This document shows positions 1 to 8,340 of a stretch of 42,020 nucleotides of DNA, in pieces (within the stretch, counting starts at the first letter, position 1; each line of letters opens with the position of its first letter). The notes under the pieces are model-generated. The model did not search any database. It saw only the letters and a list, made by a program, of their open reading frames with translations, and was not told where the DNA came from. The translations under genes were made by a program, and so were the position numbers. Source of the DNA: a virus (lineage: Duplodnaviria; Caudoviricetes); the IMG/VR virus record IMGVR_UViG_3300014501_000032, positions 1-42,020 of that record; one strand, given 5' to 3'.

Positions 1-54
1 GCGAATGCCGGCGTCGATACGGCGTACTCCTTTAGCGGCGAAGGGGGGCGGCAT
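1..54 (-). CDS. 5' end of a gene truncated by the window edge (MPPPFAAKGVRRIDAGIR...), possibly portal
   Basis: ATG at 54-52 preceded by GGAG; open to position 1; lies directly downstream of TerL and no portal is seen elsewhere (portal call is positional inference only). Confidence 0.4.
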   Translation of the reverse strand, partial: MPPPFAAKGVRRIDAGIR

Positions 55-154
55 TGTCAGGCTCCTATCGGGTTATTGTCCGCCGGAAGCGTTAAAATTC
101 TCTGCTTGACGCTAAGCATAAAAAAACGATGTAACTGAAATTAGAAAGGGGACC

Positions 155-1702
155 TTAACCCTCAATCGCCATAGAAATAGCGCACGCGTCCCACCGATCA
201 GGGGAGCGGCCAATTTCCTTCCTGATTTTTTCTTTAGGTGTCATAAACAGGCGCGCAAGTTCGTCACGCCGGCAACCACTTAAACCCCACTTGTACGCCC
301 CGGCTTCTTCTTGCGCCATCTTATCATTTGGCATCGACACGTTACCGCCAAGCCAGCGCAGCAGCTTATCGTGCAACTCTGCGCGCCGGTTGCCGTACAT
401 TACGGAATTATTGGCACCGTGACTGAATATAACGGCTACGATCTTTTCCGGTCCCAACTCCCGCATGCGCAACCGGCATCCAGCAACAAGATCACGCCCA
501 TAGCCGCCCGTGCCGTCCACTAAGATGGCGTCCATATCGAAACGCCTGAAGGTCGCCACAAGCCAGTCAGACGCCACGTTAGCGTCGCGGCTCGCCAGCT
601 CGCCCCACACCCGCATTCCGATCGCGGAGCCCTGCCGGTCACACACAAAGGGCTTGTCCTGACCGTCGCCGGCCGGGTCCACGCAAAGCAACTTCAGCGC
701 TCCAGCGGAGGGCGCTGCCTTGTTAACCATGGCTGCCCGCACCAGCGACGCCGGGTAAAAGTCCAGCGTGCTATCAGCCATAAAACATTCGCTGTAGACG
801 ACGGGGTATTCTTGTCGCGTAAGCCGATGGATCGTCTCAGGCTGGCCGCCGTTCATTGTTGCGATGGTGTAGTTCTGCATCCAGAACCAATAAAGCTGTT
901 CCCGGTCCAAATTATGCAGCTTGGCGTAGTCTTCAAATTCTTTTGACGCGTTCCAACCCTGCGGCGCCACTGTGCGGTACTCAGGCATGATTGACCACGG
1001 CAGGAAATGAATACGCCACGGCCCTTTGTTTTGCTGCCGTACGGCTTCCTCGCACATCATGTAGAACATGCCGGATTGACCGTTGCCTGTACTCTCCAGT
1101 GCTATTTCCGTGCCCGGCAAGTTCTGCACGGTCTGCAAAAGACCCGACGACAGATCTTCCGTGTTGTCGAAAAACCCGGCTTCCGACAGGTGCAACAAGT
1201 GAAAATCATCGGAACGTCCAATATCGCCGCCGTCCGCAGATGCAACTTTGTACAGCGATTTAAGCTTGTCAAAAATCAGTTCATACGAATTTGTCGCACC
1301 GATCGACGGACGTATGGCGGGCGGTAGCTCGTTGGAAAATTCTTTAATCTCACGGTGAAGGTTTGCCGCGCTGTCGGCGCGGTGCGCTACAACTTGCGCG
1401 CGGCGACCAAACATCGTTGCGGTTTGATGAAAGTAACGACCGCCTATGTACGTGCTGACGCCCATGCTGCGCGCTTTGGGAATTATGGCCCGCACCATGC
1501 CAAACACTTCGCGTTCACGTTCTACGCGGGCGTGCAATAGGCGCTGTGCGCTGTTTAGAATGAATGGGATGCGTTCTCCACCTTGGCGCGGGCGAACACG
1601 AAGAAATTTCTCGCGGTAATAATCGAAATTACGGAGTTTCGCCCGTACGGCTTCTTTAGTCTGTACGGGCGAAACGGTCGGCGGGGTCCAAGGGAAATTC
1701 AC
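155..1702 (-). CDS. terL: Terminase large subunit
   Basis: 515 aa; LNSAQ adenine-binding motif, KARSMGVST Walker A, LHLSE Walker B, ESTGNG motif III, C-terminal RNase H-like nuclease (CVDPAGDGQD ... SPDRWDA). Confidence 0.95.
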   Translation of the reverse strand: MNFPWTPPTVSPVQTKEAVRAKLRNFDYYREKFLRVRPRQGGERIPFILNSAQRLLHARVEREREVFGMVRAIIPKARSMGVSTYIGGRYFHQTATMFGRRAQVVAHRADSAANLHREIKEFSNELPPAIRPSIGATNSYELIFDKLKSLYKVASADGGDIGRSDDFHLLHLSEAGFFDNTEDLSSGLLQTVQNLPGTEIALESTGNGQSGMFYMMCEEAVRQQNKGPWRIHFLPWSIMPEYRTVAPQGWNASKEFEDYAKLHNLDREQLYWFWMQNYTIATMNGGQPETIHRLTRQEYPVVYSECFMADSTLDFYPASLVRAAMVNKAAPSAGALKLLCVDPAGDGQDKPFVCDRQGSAIGMRVWGELASRDANVASDWLVATFRRFDMDAILVDGTGGYGRDLVAGCRLRMRELGPEKIVAVIFSHGANNSVMYGNRRAELHDKLLRWLGGNVSMPNDKMAQEEAGAYKWGLSGCRRDELARLFMTPKEKIRKEIGRSPDRWDACAISMAIEG

Positions 1703-2007
1703 TGCGCTTTCTTGATGGCGGCGGAAATTTCCGGCGTAACTGCAATCACGTCAGGATTGTTGGGAAGCGCGTCGGCGGTAGCCTTGTCGGTCACGACGGT
1801 AGTGCTGGGCATGTGGCCCACAGTGTCTTTGAGTGACCGGGCACGCGTGACAAGAACAGGCCATAGAACAGCACCAATGGCGGCGACGCCGCCCATGATC
1901 GTCGTCCAGTCGGTCAAGCCTAAGCCAAGCCAGCCGTGGGCCGCTGCGAAGCCGGCTGCAACGCCAATCAGTGAAGCGGCGGTAGTCTGAAGCTGCGTGC
2001 TGTTCAT
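1699..2007 (-). CDS. Holin-like two-TM protein
   Basis: 102 aa, two N-terminal hydrophobic helices, soluble tail, in lysis cluster; GTGA overlap with terL. Confidence 0.6.
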   Translation of the reverse strand: MNSTQLQTTAASLIGVAAGFAAAHGWLGLGLTDWTTIMGGVAAIGAVLWPVLVTRARSLKDTVGHMPSTTVVTDKATADALPNNPDVIAVTPEISAAIKKAQ

Positions 2008-2162
2008 GGCGCGTACGGCCCCTCCAAATGAGTTGAGGGGCCTCTATAGCACCTGTCAGACAGGCAAGCAACTCAGTTGTATTTTACCGTTTTTCAGGCG
2101 CGATGATGCTTGGCGGTTCCGGCGCCAAACAGCAGCGGTCGGGGTCGCCCGCCCCCGTCGCG

Positions 2163-2357
2163 TCAGTGAAAGGGGCTGCCCCGGCCGCCTTGGAGAATGA
2201 AACCAAAATCGTTCCAGCCGAGCAAGAACAGCAACACCATCACGAGCACCAAACCGCCGCCAAAGCCGTATGTCCAACCCGCGCCATTGCGCCACCATAC
2301 GCCCCCGAAGATCAGATACAAGATGAATAAGACCCAAAACAACAATCCGATCGGCAT
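2163..2357 (-). CDS. Small two-TM membrane protein
   Basis: 64 aa MPIGLLFWVLFILYLIFGG...GGGLVLVMVLLFLLGW; AAGGG RBS upstream. Confidence 0.7.
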   Translation of the reverse strand: MPIGLLFWVLFILYLIFGGVWWRNGAGWTYGFGGGLVLVMVLLFLLGWNDFGFILQGGRGSPFH

Positions 2358-2384
2358 GGCTATTTCCCTTCTTTGTTCAGGTTT

Positions 2385-2549
2385 TCAGATGCGACCCAGC
2401 AGCAACAGGATCAGCAGAATAACGACAATCAGGCCAAGCCCGCCACCACCGTAGTAGCCGGTCCCGTAGAATGGACCGCCACCGTAGCCGCTGAATCCAC
2501 CGAAAAAGAAAATAACGAGAATGATAAGTAGAATGGTTCCGATGCTCAT
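2385..2549 (-). CDS. DUF3309-like small membrane protein (54 aa, below ORF-track cutoff)
   Basis: MSIGTILLIILVIFFFGGFSGYGGGPFYGTGYYGGGGLGLIVVILLILLLLGRI; GAAGGAG RBS; ATGA overlap with upstream gene; pattern typical of DUF3309. Confidence 0.75.
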   Translation of the reverse strand: MSIGTILLIILVIFFFGGFSGYGGGPFYGTGYYGGGGLGLIVVILLILLLLGRI

Positions 2550-2779
2550 GTACGTCTCTCCTTCAGTGTGTGAAGACGGTTGGCGACAGATGCGCCATGG
2601 CCCGTCTCCGTGTTTTTGCTTTTAGGTTTCAGTGAGTACGTTACCGACTTGACCGGCCCGCATTTATGACACGTAAAATTCTGAATTGCCGTGTCCCTTA
2701 AGGAAGGATGCAATTCTACTGACGTTGAATATATCCTGCCGCCGCACTTAGGACATGTCTCATTTGGCAATTCAATCAT
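2546..2779 (-). CDS. Zinc-ribbon hypothetical protein
   Basis: 77 aa, CPKC...CHKC; overlaps both neighbours by 4 nt. Confidence 0.65.
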   Translation of the reverse strand: MIELPNETCPKCGGRIYSTSVELHPSLRDTAIQNFTCHKCGPVKSVTYSLKPKSKNTETGHGASVANRLHTLKERRT

Positions 2780-3060
2780 CGGTTTGTACCGGCTTTCAGT
2801 GCCTTAAGATCAGCGACGCCCTGCGCCGCGTAATGGGTGTCGGCTTCCACATGCGTCATTCGATCCGATATTGATTCAAGCTTACTTTCTATCCCGGCGA
2901 CTCTAGCCTGTAGATCAGTCAGATTTGTTCGCATTACCAGGAAGCCGGTTATGAAACCGCCCAAAAACACAACAACTCCAAGCGATGACGAAATCGCAGC
3001 AATCGTTGTCGCGTTTATGTGAGTGGTCCAGCCCGTACCATTTGGCGTAATGTGGATCAA
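2776..3060 (-). CDS. TM plus coiled-coil protein (holin/lysis-associated)
   Basis: One TM helix followed by heptad coiled coil LTDLQARVAGIESKLESISDRMTHVE; near endolysin. Confidence 0.6.
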   Translation of the reverse strand: MIHITPNGTGWTTHINATTIAAISSSLGVVVFLGGFITGFLVMRTNLTDLQARVAGIESKLESISDRMTHVEADTHYAAQGVADLKALKAGTNR

Positions 3061-3314
3061 GGTTGCTGCTCACAACTAGCGACACCTTTTTGCTCAGCAG
3101 GAGACAGCTTTTTCATGGCCTGCTCGTACCGCTCCAAAGTCAATGACTTTACGACCCTGTTAATTTCCACGCAATCCGGCGCAGGCACGCCGCGATGATG
3201 ATAAGAGTACCGATGGTGATTCGTACGATATTGCCATGGCCAAAAGAACGAGCTGGCGGAAGCCGCCCCCGCGACCAGCAAAAAAACCAGTAGCAAGCAC
3301 ACTGTTTTAGCCAT
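3057..3314 (-). CDS. Small secreted protein
   Basis: Signal peptide MAKTVCLLLVFLLVAGAASA, two Cys in the mature part; directly downstream of endolysin. Confidence 0.65.
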   Translation of the reverse strand: MAKTVCLLLVFLLVAGAASASSFFWPWQYRTNHHRYSYHHRGVPAPDCVEINRVVKSLTLERYEQAMKKLSPAEQKGVASCEQQP

Positions 3315-3338
3315 CGTCAGCCCGTGCGCGGCGGTACT

Positions 3339-4061
3339 TCACTGAGAACTGCGTATTGATTGATCGACGGCGGCCCACGTCTTTGGCCCCGGCACCGCGT
3401 CAACTCTAAGCGAGTGCTTCGCCTGAAACCATTTGATAGCCGCCTTGGTGGCGTCGCCGTACTGCCCGTCCACAGCGAGCGGGGGCGCGTAGCCGAAACT
3501 GTTGAGCGCGGTTTGCAGATTGTCGGTGGTGTGCATGCCCACAATAGGTGACGCCGCTGCGGGCGCTGGGGCCGCTTTGGTCGCAACTGCCTGAAATACT
3601 TGACGCCACGCTTCCGCGCCGTCGTGGCCGCCGGGGCCGCCGCCCCAGTCATTGAAGATATTGCCGCCAAGTCGCATTTGCGGGTGCCGCTGCCCGTTCG
3701 GGTCGGTCGGCAATCCTTGGTCGGTAAACCCGGAAATAAGATTGCTGCCCGCCATCACAGTCGCAATCGCGGCGTCCATCTTTGTTTGTAGCGACGAATC
3801 GGCATGAAGTTGCCGGATTGTTCGGGGGTACGTGCCCCGATTATAAGGTCCGTAAAAACCGCTGTGCAGCATTGAAAGGACGGTCTGCTTCCATCCGCGC
3901 GAGTTGCAGTACAGAATGCGATTGAGCAAACTTTCTAAACACGGCACCGGGTGCGCGCCATCTTCAGTAACCATCATGGCGCACACTTGATCGTGCGTCG
4001 CCGGGTCCGCCATATCTTTCACGAACTGAGCGCGCTGCTGTGCGATGTACGGATTGTTCAT
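3339..4061 (-). CDS. Endolysin with C-terminal peptidoglycan-binding domain
   Basis: C-terminal LQTALNSFGY...VDGQYGDATKAAIKWFQAKHSLRVDAVPGPKTW is PG_binding_1; N-terminal domain resembles SleB/Hydrolase_2-like catalytic domains. Confidence 0.8.
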   Translation of the reverse strand: MNNPYIAQQRAQFVKDMADPATHDQVCAMMVTEDGAHPVPCLESLLNRILYCNSRGWKQTVLSMLHSGFYGPYNRGTYPRTIRQLHADSSLQTKMDAAIATVMAGSNLISGFTDQGLPTDPNGQRHPQMRLGGNIFNDWGGGPGGHDGAEAWRQVFQAVATKAAPAPAAASPIVGMHTTDNLQTALNSFGYAPPLAVDGQYGDATKAAIKWFQAKHSLRVDAVPGPKTWAAVDQSIRSSQ

Positions 4062-4064
4062 TTG

Positions 4065-5363
4065 TTAACCCATGATTTCTTCAAGGATCTCGGTTGCGCT
4101 GTCGGTGTTGACAGCGGGAATTGAGCCGGTCGTGGACGCGGTTGTCGTCCCCTTGATGACATAAGTCGTAGACGAGGCAGTAGCCGGCTGGTCATAACCG
4201 GACAAGATCAGCGTCCCGCCGGAAACCACATTTGAAGCAGCGGTACTGGCACGGGATAAAGAGCCTATAGCCGTGCTGCCCCGGTACATCTGACCGAGCG
4301 TCGAATTTCCGTCGCTGGCGTTCCCGCCGGTTGTCTGCGCGAAGTATTTTACAAGGTTGATCGGAGAAGTAAGCGCAATGCTCGCTGTGACGTTGGATGC
4401 AGTAAGGGATGTAAACGTGACTACTGCCAACGTGCCAAATTGCGGAGCAACGACTTGCACACTTTCGCCCGGCTTTTTAACGCCGGGGCCAAACAATTGT
4501 AAAGTCGTACACGCACTAGTGTATGAGCCGGCCGTAGCGAGCCCAGCGGAAAAATCGCAATAGCCGATGATACGCACCGCGTCCAAAGTAACGCCTGCGG
4601 TGGCATACAACGTTCCGGGGGCAGTTGCACTTCCGCTTATGGCCGTACTAGTTACGAGTGTACTTTCCCATGCCGCACACGCAAAAATAGTTGTCGGGCT
4701 GCTACACGTAGCTACGCCTAGTTCGGGGGCGCCGCCGTTGTAGTTTTCAAAAATCCAGATGCGAAAAGGAACGCCATTTGAAGTACCGAGCGTCGCGCCG
4801 GAAGGGATGGTGATAGATTGCGGAGCCGAAATTGTGCTCCACGTCACCGTGCCCGTCGCCAGCGCAGTAGACCGGAAGGGCACTAAAACCGGATTGGTAC
4901 TGCTTGGCGCGCTGCCGTTCGCTTGCGTCAGATTAATAACGAGCGCGCCGCCAGAAGAGGCCGGTACCGACAAGCCAAGATTGACTGGCATGTCGAAACC
5001 AGTCTGTACAACGATATTTCCGCAACTCTCGCCGACGCCAGCGGTGTACCGAAGCGCTTGACTGACAGCCGTACACGGCGCCCTGGGGATGTCCGCAACA
5101 GACGTGCCATTTAGACTGCCCTTGTACGTATCCGCCGAACCGGCCGCGAATCCAGTATTGGCGATCGTGCCGAAAGCGGGGTCGGCTGAAGGGCCTTGGC
5201 TGACCAACGGCTGCCCAGTAGTGCCCGGCGTTGCCGAGCCGAACCCCGTGACACCGACGCCTTTACCGATCGGAACGGAGTGGTTGGGCGTCTGCCATTG
5301 TGCAAACGCAGGCGTGCAGGCCAGCAAAAACGCGAGGGCGGCAACAGTACGAAGAATTTTCAT
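4065..5363 (-). CDS. Tail fibre/spike-like protein with signal peptide
   Basis: Start revised to MKILRT (ATGA overlap); signal MKILRTVAALAFLLACTPAFA|Q; G/S/T-rich beta content, fibre-like C-terminus ILEEIMG; 6 mature Cys. Confidence 0.7.
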   Translation of the reverse strand: MKILRTVAALAFLLACTPAFAQWQTPNHSVPIGKGVGVTGFGSATPGTTGQPLVSQGPSADPAFGTIANTGFAAGSADTYKGSLNGTSVADIPRAPCTAVSQALRYTAGVGESCGNIVVQTGFDMPVNLGLSVPASSGGALVINLTQANGSAPSSTNPVLVPFRSTALATGTVTWSTISAPQSITIPSGATLGTSNGVPFRIWIFENYNGGAPELGVATCSSPTTIFACAAWESTLVTSTAISGSATAPGTLYATAGVTLDAVRIIGYCDFSAGLATAGSYTSACTTLQLFGPGVKKPGESVQVVAPQFGTLAVVTFTSLTASNVTASIALTSPINLVKYFAQTTGGNASDGNSTLGQMYRGSTAIGSLSRASTAASNVVSGGTLILSGYDQPATASSTTYVIKGTTTASTTGSIPAVNTDSATEILEEIMG

Positions 5364-5971
5364 GCTAATAGAACCCAAGAGTTGAGGTCAGGGGACGGAC
5401 GCAAACGTACGCATGCCAGACTGGCCGCTGTTGATAAGAGATTCCACGTCGCTTGCTGCATGATTGTAGCACCGTCCGGCGTAGTCAGCAAGATATTATG
5501 GTTGACAACTCCCGTCGAAAAATCGGTCAACACAATATCTTTTTGTGTAAGATACTGCGCTGCGATCGTCGGGAGTTGTACGGCCGTATTAACCGGCGCG
5601 GCACGCTGTACGGCCGCAAGCGACACGCCCGGATTGACGGTGTTGTTCGCGGCGGCAAGCGACTGAAAAACAGAGCCGGACGGCGATAAGAACGCCTGCC
5701 ACAATGCCGGCGTCGCTTGCTGATATACAGCGGCCACCGGATTCCAAATGTATAGCGTACCTTCAACCGTCCATGACGGAATAGCAGGTCGAAACCAAAA
5801 CGTACTCGCTTGATTTACAGTTGGCGCAGTCTGCCCGACTGACAATGCAAATAGTCCCGCGCGGGCCAGCGCGACAACAACATAGTCCAGGCCCGGCATC
5901 CGTTCCGAACGCACGCCGCTGCCAACCAGCCGCAGCAGCCCGATAAAATCTGTTGCGGAATTGTAACTCAT
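5360..5971 (-). CDS. Virion structural/fibre adaptor protein
   Basis: 203 aa; C-terminal VQLP...IVLTD...NILLTTPDGATI module typical of phage fibre/baseplate anchors. Confidence 0.6.
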   Translation of the reverse strand: MSYNSATDFIGLLRLVGSGVRSERMPGLDYVVVALARAGLFALSVGQTAPTVNQASTFWFRPAIPSWTVEGTLYIWNPVAAVYQQATPALWQAFLSPSGSVFQSLAAANNTVNPGVSLAAVQRAAPVNTAVQLPTIAAQYLTQKDIVLTDFSTGVVNHNILLTTPDGATIMQQATWNLLSTAASLACVRLRPSPDLNSWVLLA

Positions 5972-6396
5972 AGAGCGTGCTCATTTTCCGCCGTGTAGAT
6001 CGGATTTAGCGCGACTGGAACTGCAACCGGATTGGCGGGCCATGCGCCGGCCGCCTTCGGCCCTAAAATGGGCGGTTGCAAACCGTAGTTCGGGTAGCCG
6101 CCCCAAAGCAAACAATAATCGCCGTTCGCGCCAAGATCATTCGTCGGCTGCGCTGAACTAAACCAATTCAGCGCGCCTTGGTAGGTCACGGGAACCAGAA
6201 ACAGGTAGTTGCCCCACGGGCTAGTTTTATCGTTAGATCGCTTCACGTACAAAAACTGCGTCTGCGTGTCTATGTACACGTCGCCAACGACGCCGGCAGA
6301 CGGATTTGGCTCGCCCGTGCCAAGCAGCACTGGGCCAAATTGCTTTGTCTGCGCAAAGACGCCGCCTTGAAGAGTCCCGTTGTCAAACCCTGAGAT
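5968..6396 (-). CDS. Structural protein, paralogue of 6408-7040, probable AUC start
   Basis: N-terminus (I)SGFDNGTLQGGVFAQTKQFG aligns with MSGFDQGTVQGGIFAQTKQFG of the upstream gene; GGAGG 5 nt before ATC; GxPxxxxGxxGDxY repeats. Confidence 0.7.
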   Translation of the reverse strand: MSGFDNGTLQGGVFAQTKQFGPVLLGTGEPNPSAGVVGDVYIDTQTQFLYVKRSNDKTSPWGNYLFLVPVTYQGALNWFSSAQPTNDLGANGDYCLLWGGYPNYGLQPPILGPKAAGAWPANPVAVPVALNPIYTAENEHAL

Positions 6397-6407
6397 TATC
6401 GCCTCCC

Positions 6408-7040
6408 CTAGACTGCGTGCGTGTCTTCAGAAGTATATAGCGGGTTAAGAGCTACGGCCGTAACAACTGGCGCGCATTGCAACCCGCGCTCCAAAAGTGA
6501 CGTGCCAGTGACCTGCGGAACTGGAATGGATAGGACGTACTCTGTATCCAGGCCGTCAACTACGAGCTGCCACGAATTACTGAACGCGGTAAGCGTCGTA
6601 TCTTCGTCAGAGAGGCCAGCCGGAATTGTGTAGCCTGCGTTCGTTGGGTCAAGCAGCAGATCCGGGCCGTCGCCGCTCTCAGGCCAGTAACCGTTGACGT
6701 TCGGGCCGCAAAATGACGGCTGAAGGCCGTAATTATTGAAACCTGCCCAAAGCAAGCAATAATCGCCGTTCGCTCCAAAGTCGTTTGTTGGAAGCGAAGA
6801 ACTAAACCAGTTCAAGCCGGACTGGTATTGCGCAGGCACGGCAAAGAGATAATGGCCCCACGGGTCGGTGCCGTCCGCGCTGCGTTTTTCGTACAAAAAC
6901 CACGTCTGTACATCAATGTACAAATCGCCAACGACGCCAGCCCCAGGTACGGGCGGCCCCGACCCGCGAAGCACCGCACCAAACTGCTTCGTTTGAGCGA
7001 AGATACCGCCTTGAACCGTTCCTTGGTCAAAGCCACTCAC
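6408..7040 (-). CDS. Structural protein with GxPxxxxGxxGDxY modules
   Basis: 210 aa; GSGPPVPGAGVVGDLY and SSLPTNDFGANGDY modules typical of phage fibre segments. Confidence 0.7.
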   Translation of the reverse strand: MSGFDQGTVQGGIFAQTKQFGAVLRGSGPPVPGAGVVGDLYIDVQTWFLYEKRSADGTDPWGHYLFAVPAQYQSGLNWFSSSLPTNDFGANGDYCLLWAGFNNYGLQPSFCGPNVNGYWPESGDGPDLLLDPTNAGYTIPAGLSDEDTTLTAFSNSWQLVVDGLDTEYVLSIPVPQVTGTSLLERGLQCAPVVTAVALNPLYTSEDTHAV

Positions 7041-7453
7041 GTTGACGCCCCCACATCGCCCGTACGGGCGATCTGCATGTCCATGACGACGCCCGTACCT
7101 TCGCTATTGTTGATGTTGACAACGCGCAACCGCGCCCAGCCTTCACGGTGTGCGCGCCTGGACGTGGCAACAACGATATTCTGCCACTGGTCAATTGGCC
7201 GCGCAGACGCGTCGGGGTCGCCGCCGTACATTTTCATTTCCATAATGACTTGGACTTCGGGCGCTACCGGGGATGGCGTTATGGTGCTTTGCGCGGCACT
7301 CACAAAAGCCAGCGAAGCGCGAGCAATGTTGACGGAGATAGTATTGCCCTTACTTACGGGCAGCCAGCCGGTAGCGCCGCCAACGAAGTCGGCGTACACG
7401 GTATCGTTTTGATTATTGATGCGGGTTGAAGATCCGCCCGGCCGGTAAAAAAT
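7037..7453 (-). CDS. Hypothetical (probable virion) protein, probable AUU start
   Basis: Track ORF 7037-7399 extends in frame to ATT at 7453, 5 nt after GGAGG that overlaps the upstream stop. Confidence 0.6.
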   Translation of the reverse strand: MFYRPGGSSTRINNQNDTVYADFVGGATGWLPVSKGNTISVNIARASLAFVSAAQSTITPSPVAPEVQVIMEMKMYGGDPDASARPIDQWQNIVVATSRRAHREGWARLRVVNINNSEGTGVVMDMQIARTGDVGAST

Positions 7454-7462
7454 AAGAGCCTC

Positions 7463-7723
7463 CTACCGGCTTTTGTTGAAACCCGATGGCGACCCGGAAT
7501 ATCGCGTGCCGGAACCCCCACCGTCGCCGTGGTTGGACTTTGCCAGCCGACGATTGCCCCCGCTCGTGTTCGCGACGGAGCCAGGGTAGCGCTTCAGCGG
7601 CCCTTCCGGCACGCCGCCGCGCCCTTTGAATTTCGTGGCCGGCGGCCCCATTTCGTTCGGGACGCATTCGTTGCTGCCGGTTTTGTTGAAGCCTGTTTTA
7701 AGACCGCGAAATCGGGTGCTCAT
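7463..7723 (-). CDS. Basic Gly-rich small protein
   Basis: 86 aa, R/K/G-rich, GAGG RBS; repeated GFNK at both ends. Confidence 0.55.
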   Translation of the reverse strand: MSTRFRGLKTGFNKTGSNECVPNEMGPPATKFKGRGGVPEGPLKRYPGSVANTSGGNRRLAKSNHGDGGGSGTRYSGSPSGFNKSR

Positions 7724-7789
7724 GCGTGCCTCGGTTCACTTTTGTATGACGCGTCCAAAGCATCATACCACCCAGTTCCCGACTTTCAT

Positions 7790-7823
7790 AGGCCCTCGCC
7801 GCGTTCAATCACGGCGAGGGCCT
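7790..7823. terminator. 12-bp stem hairpin, probable terminator
   Basis: AGGCCCTCGCCG-N10-CGGCGAGGGCCT just downstream of the 7839 stop; no clear U-tract. Confidence 0.55.
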
Positions 7824-7838
7824 TAGTCGTTTGTCAGA

Positions 7839-8255
7839 CTAACTCCGCACGTCCTGCGCGGCGCCCGTTGAGTTTGGCGCCTGCCGAAGCGTGCCGTCTC
7901 GATTCAAATCGACGTTGCCGGGATCGGGCTTGAAGATCTGCGGGGCGTTCGAAGCGAATAGATGCGGCCAATTCCTTCGGGCCGCACCTTCCGGGTCGGC
8001 GTCATTATCCGCGCGCATGCGAGCGATTGCTTCGTCCTTGGTCGCGGGCGCGACGTACAGCGGGTTGCCGGGGTGCGCTTGGTCCTTCCTTTCGTCTACC
8101 AGCTCCAAATCGGGATGATCGCAAAGCTGCTTGATCTTCCCGTGCGCCGACGCCGCAATATCCGCAAGATTCTGGTTTTTCAGCGTGCGGGCGCGGGTTT
8201 CCAGTCCCTTCAGTTCGCCGAAAACGCGTTCAAGATTGGTCTTTAGTTCACTCAT
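7839..8255 (-). CDS. Hypothetical protein
   Basis: Start MSELKT after GAAGGAGAGCGAACT; helical N-terminus. Confidence 0.7.
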   Translation of the reverse strand: MSELKTNLERVFGELKGLETRARTLKNQNLADIAASAHGKIKQLCDHPDLELVDERKDQAHPGNPLYVAPATKDEAIARMRADNDADPEGAARRNWPHLFASNAPQIFKPDPGNVDLNRDGTLRQAPNSTGAAQDVRS

Positions 8256-8340
8256 AGTTCGCTCTCCTTCGTGTTGGCGTGATGCCAAACAAACAACGTC
8301 GTAAGGCGGTAGAAAGTTCAGTACCGGCGTAGTCGCATAT

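Noticed and set aside
6396-6410. Stop-codon readthrough fusing the two paralogues
   Set aside because: TAG is followed by an in-frame TAA after three codons, and the downstream gene is in another frame with no slippery site
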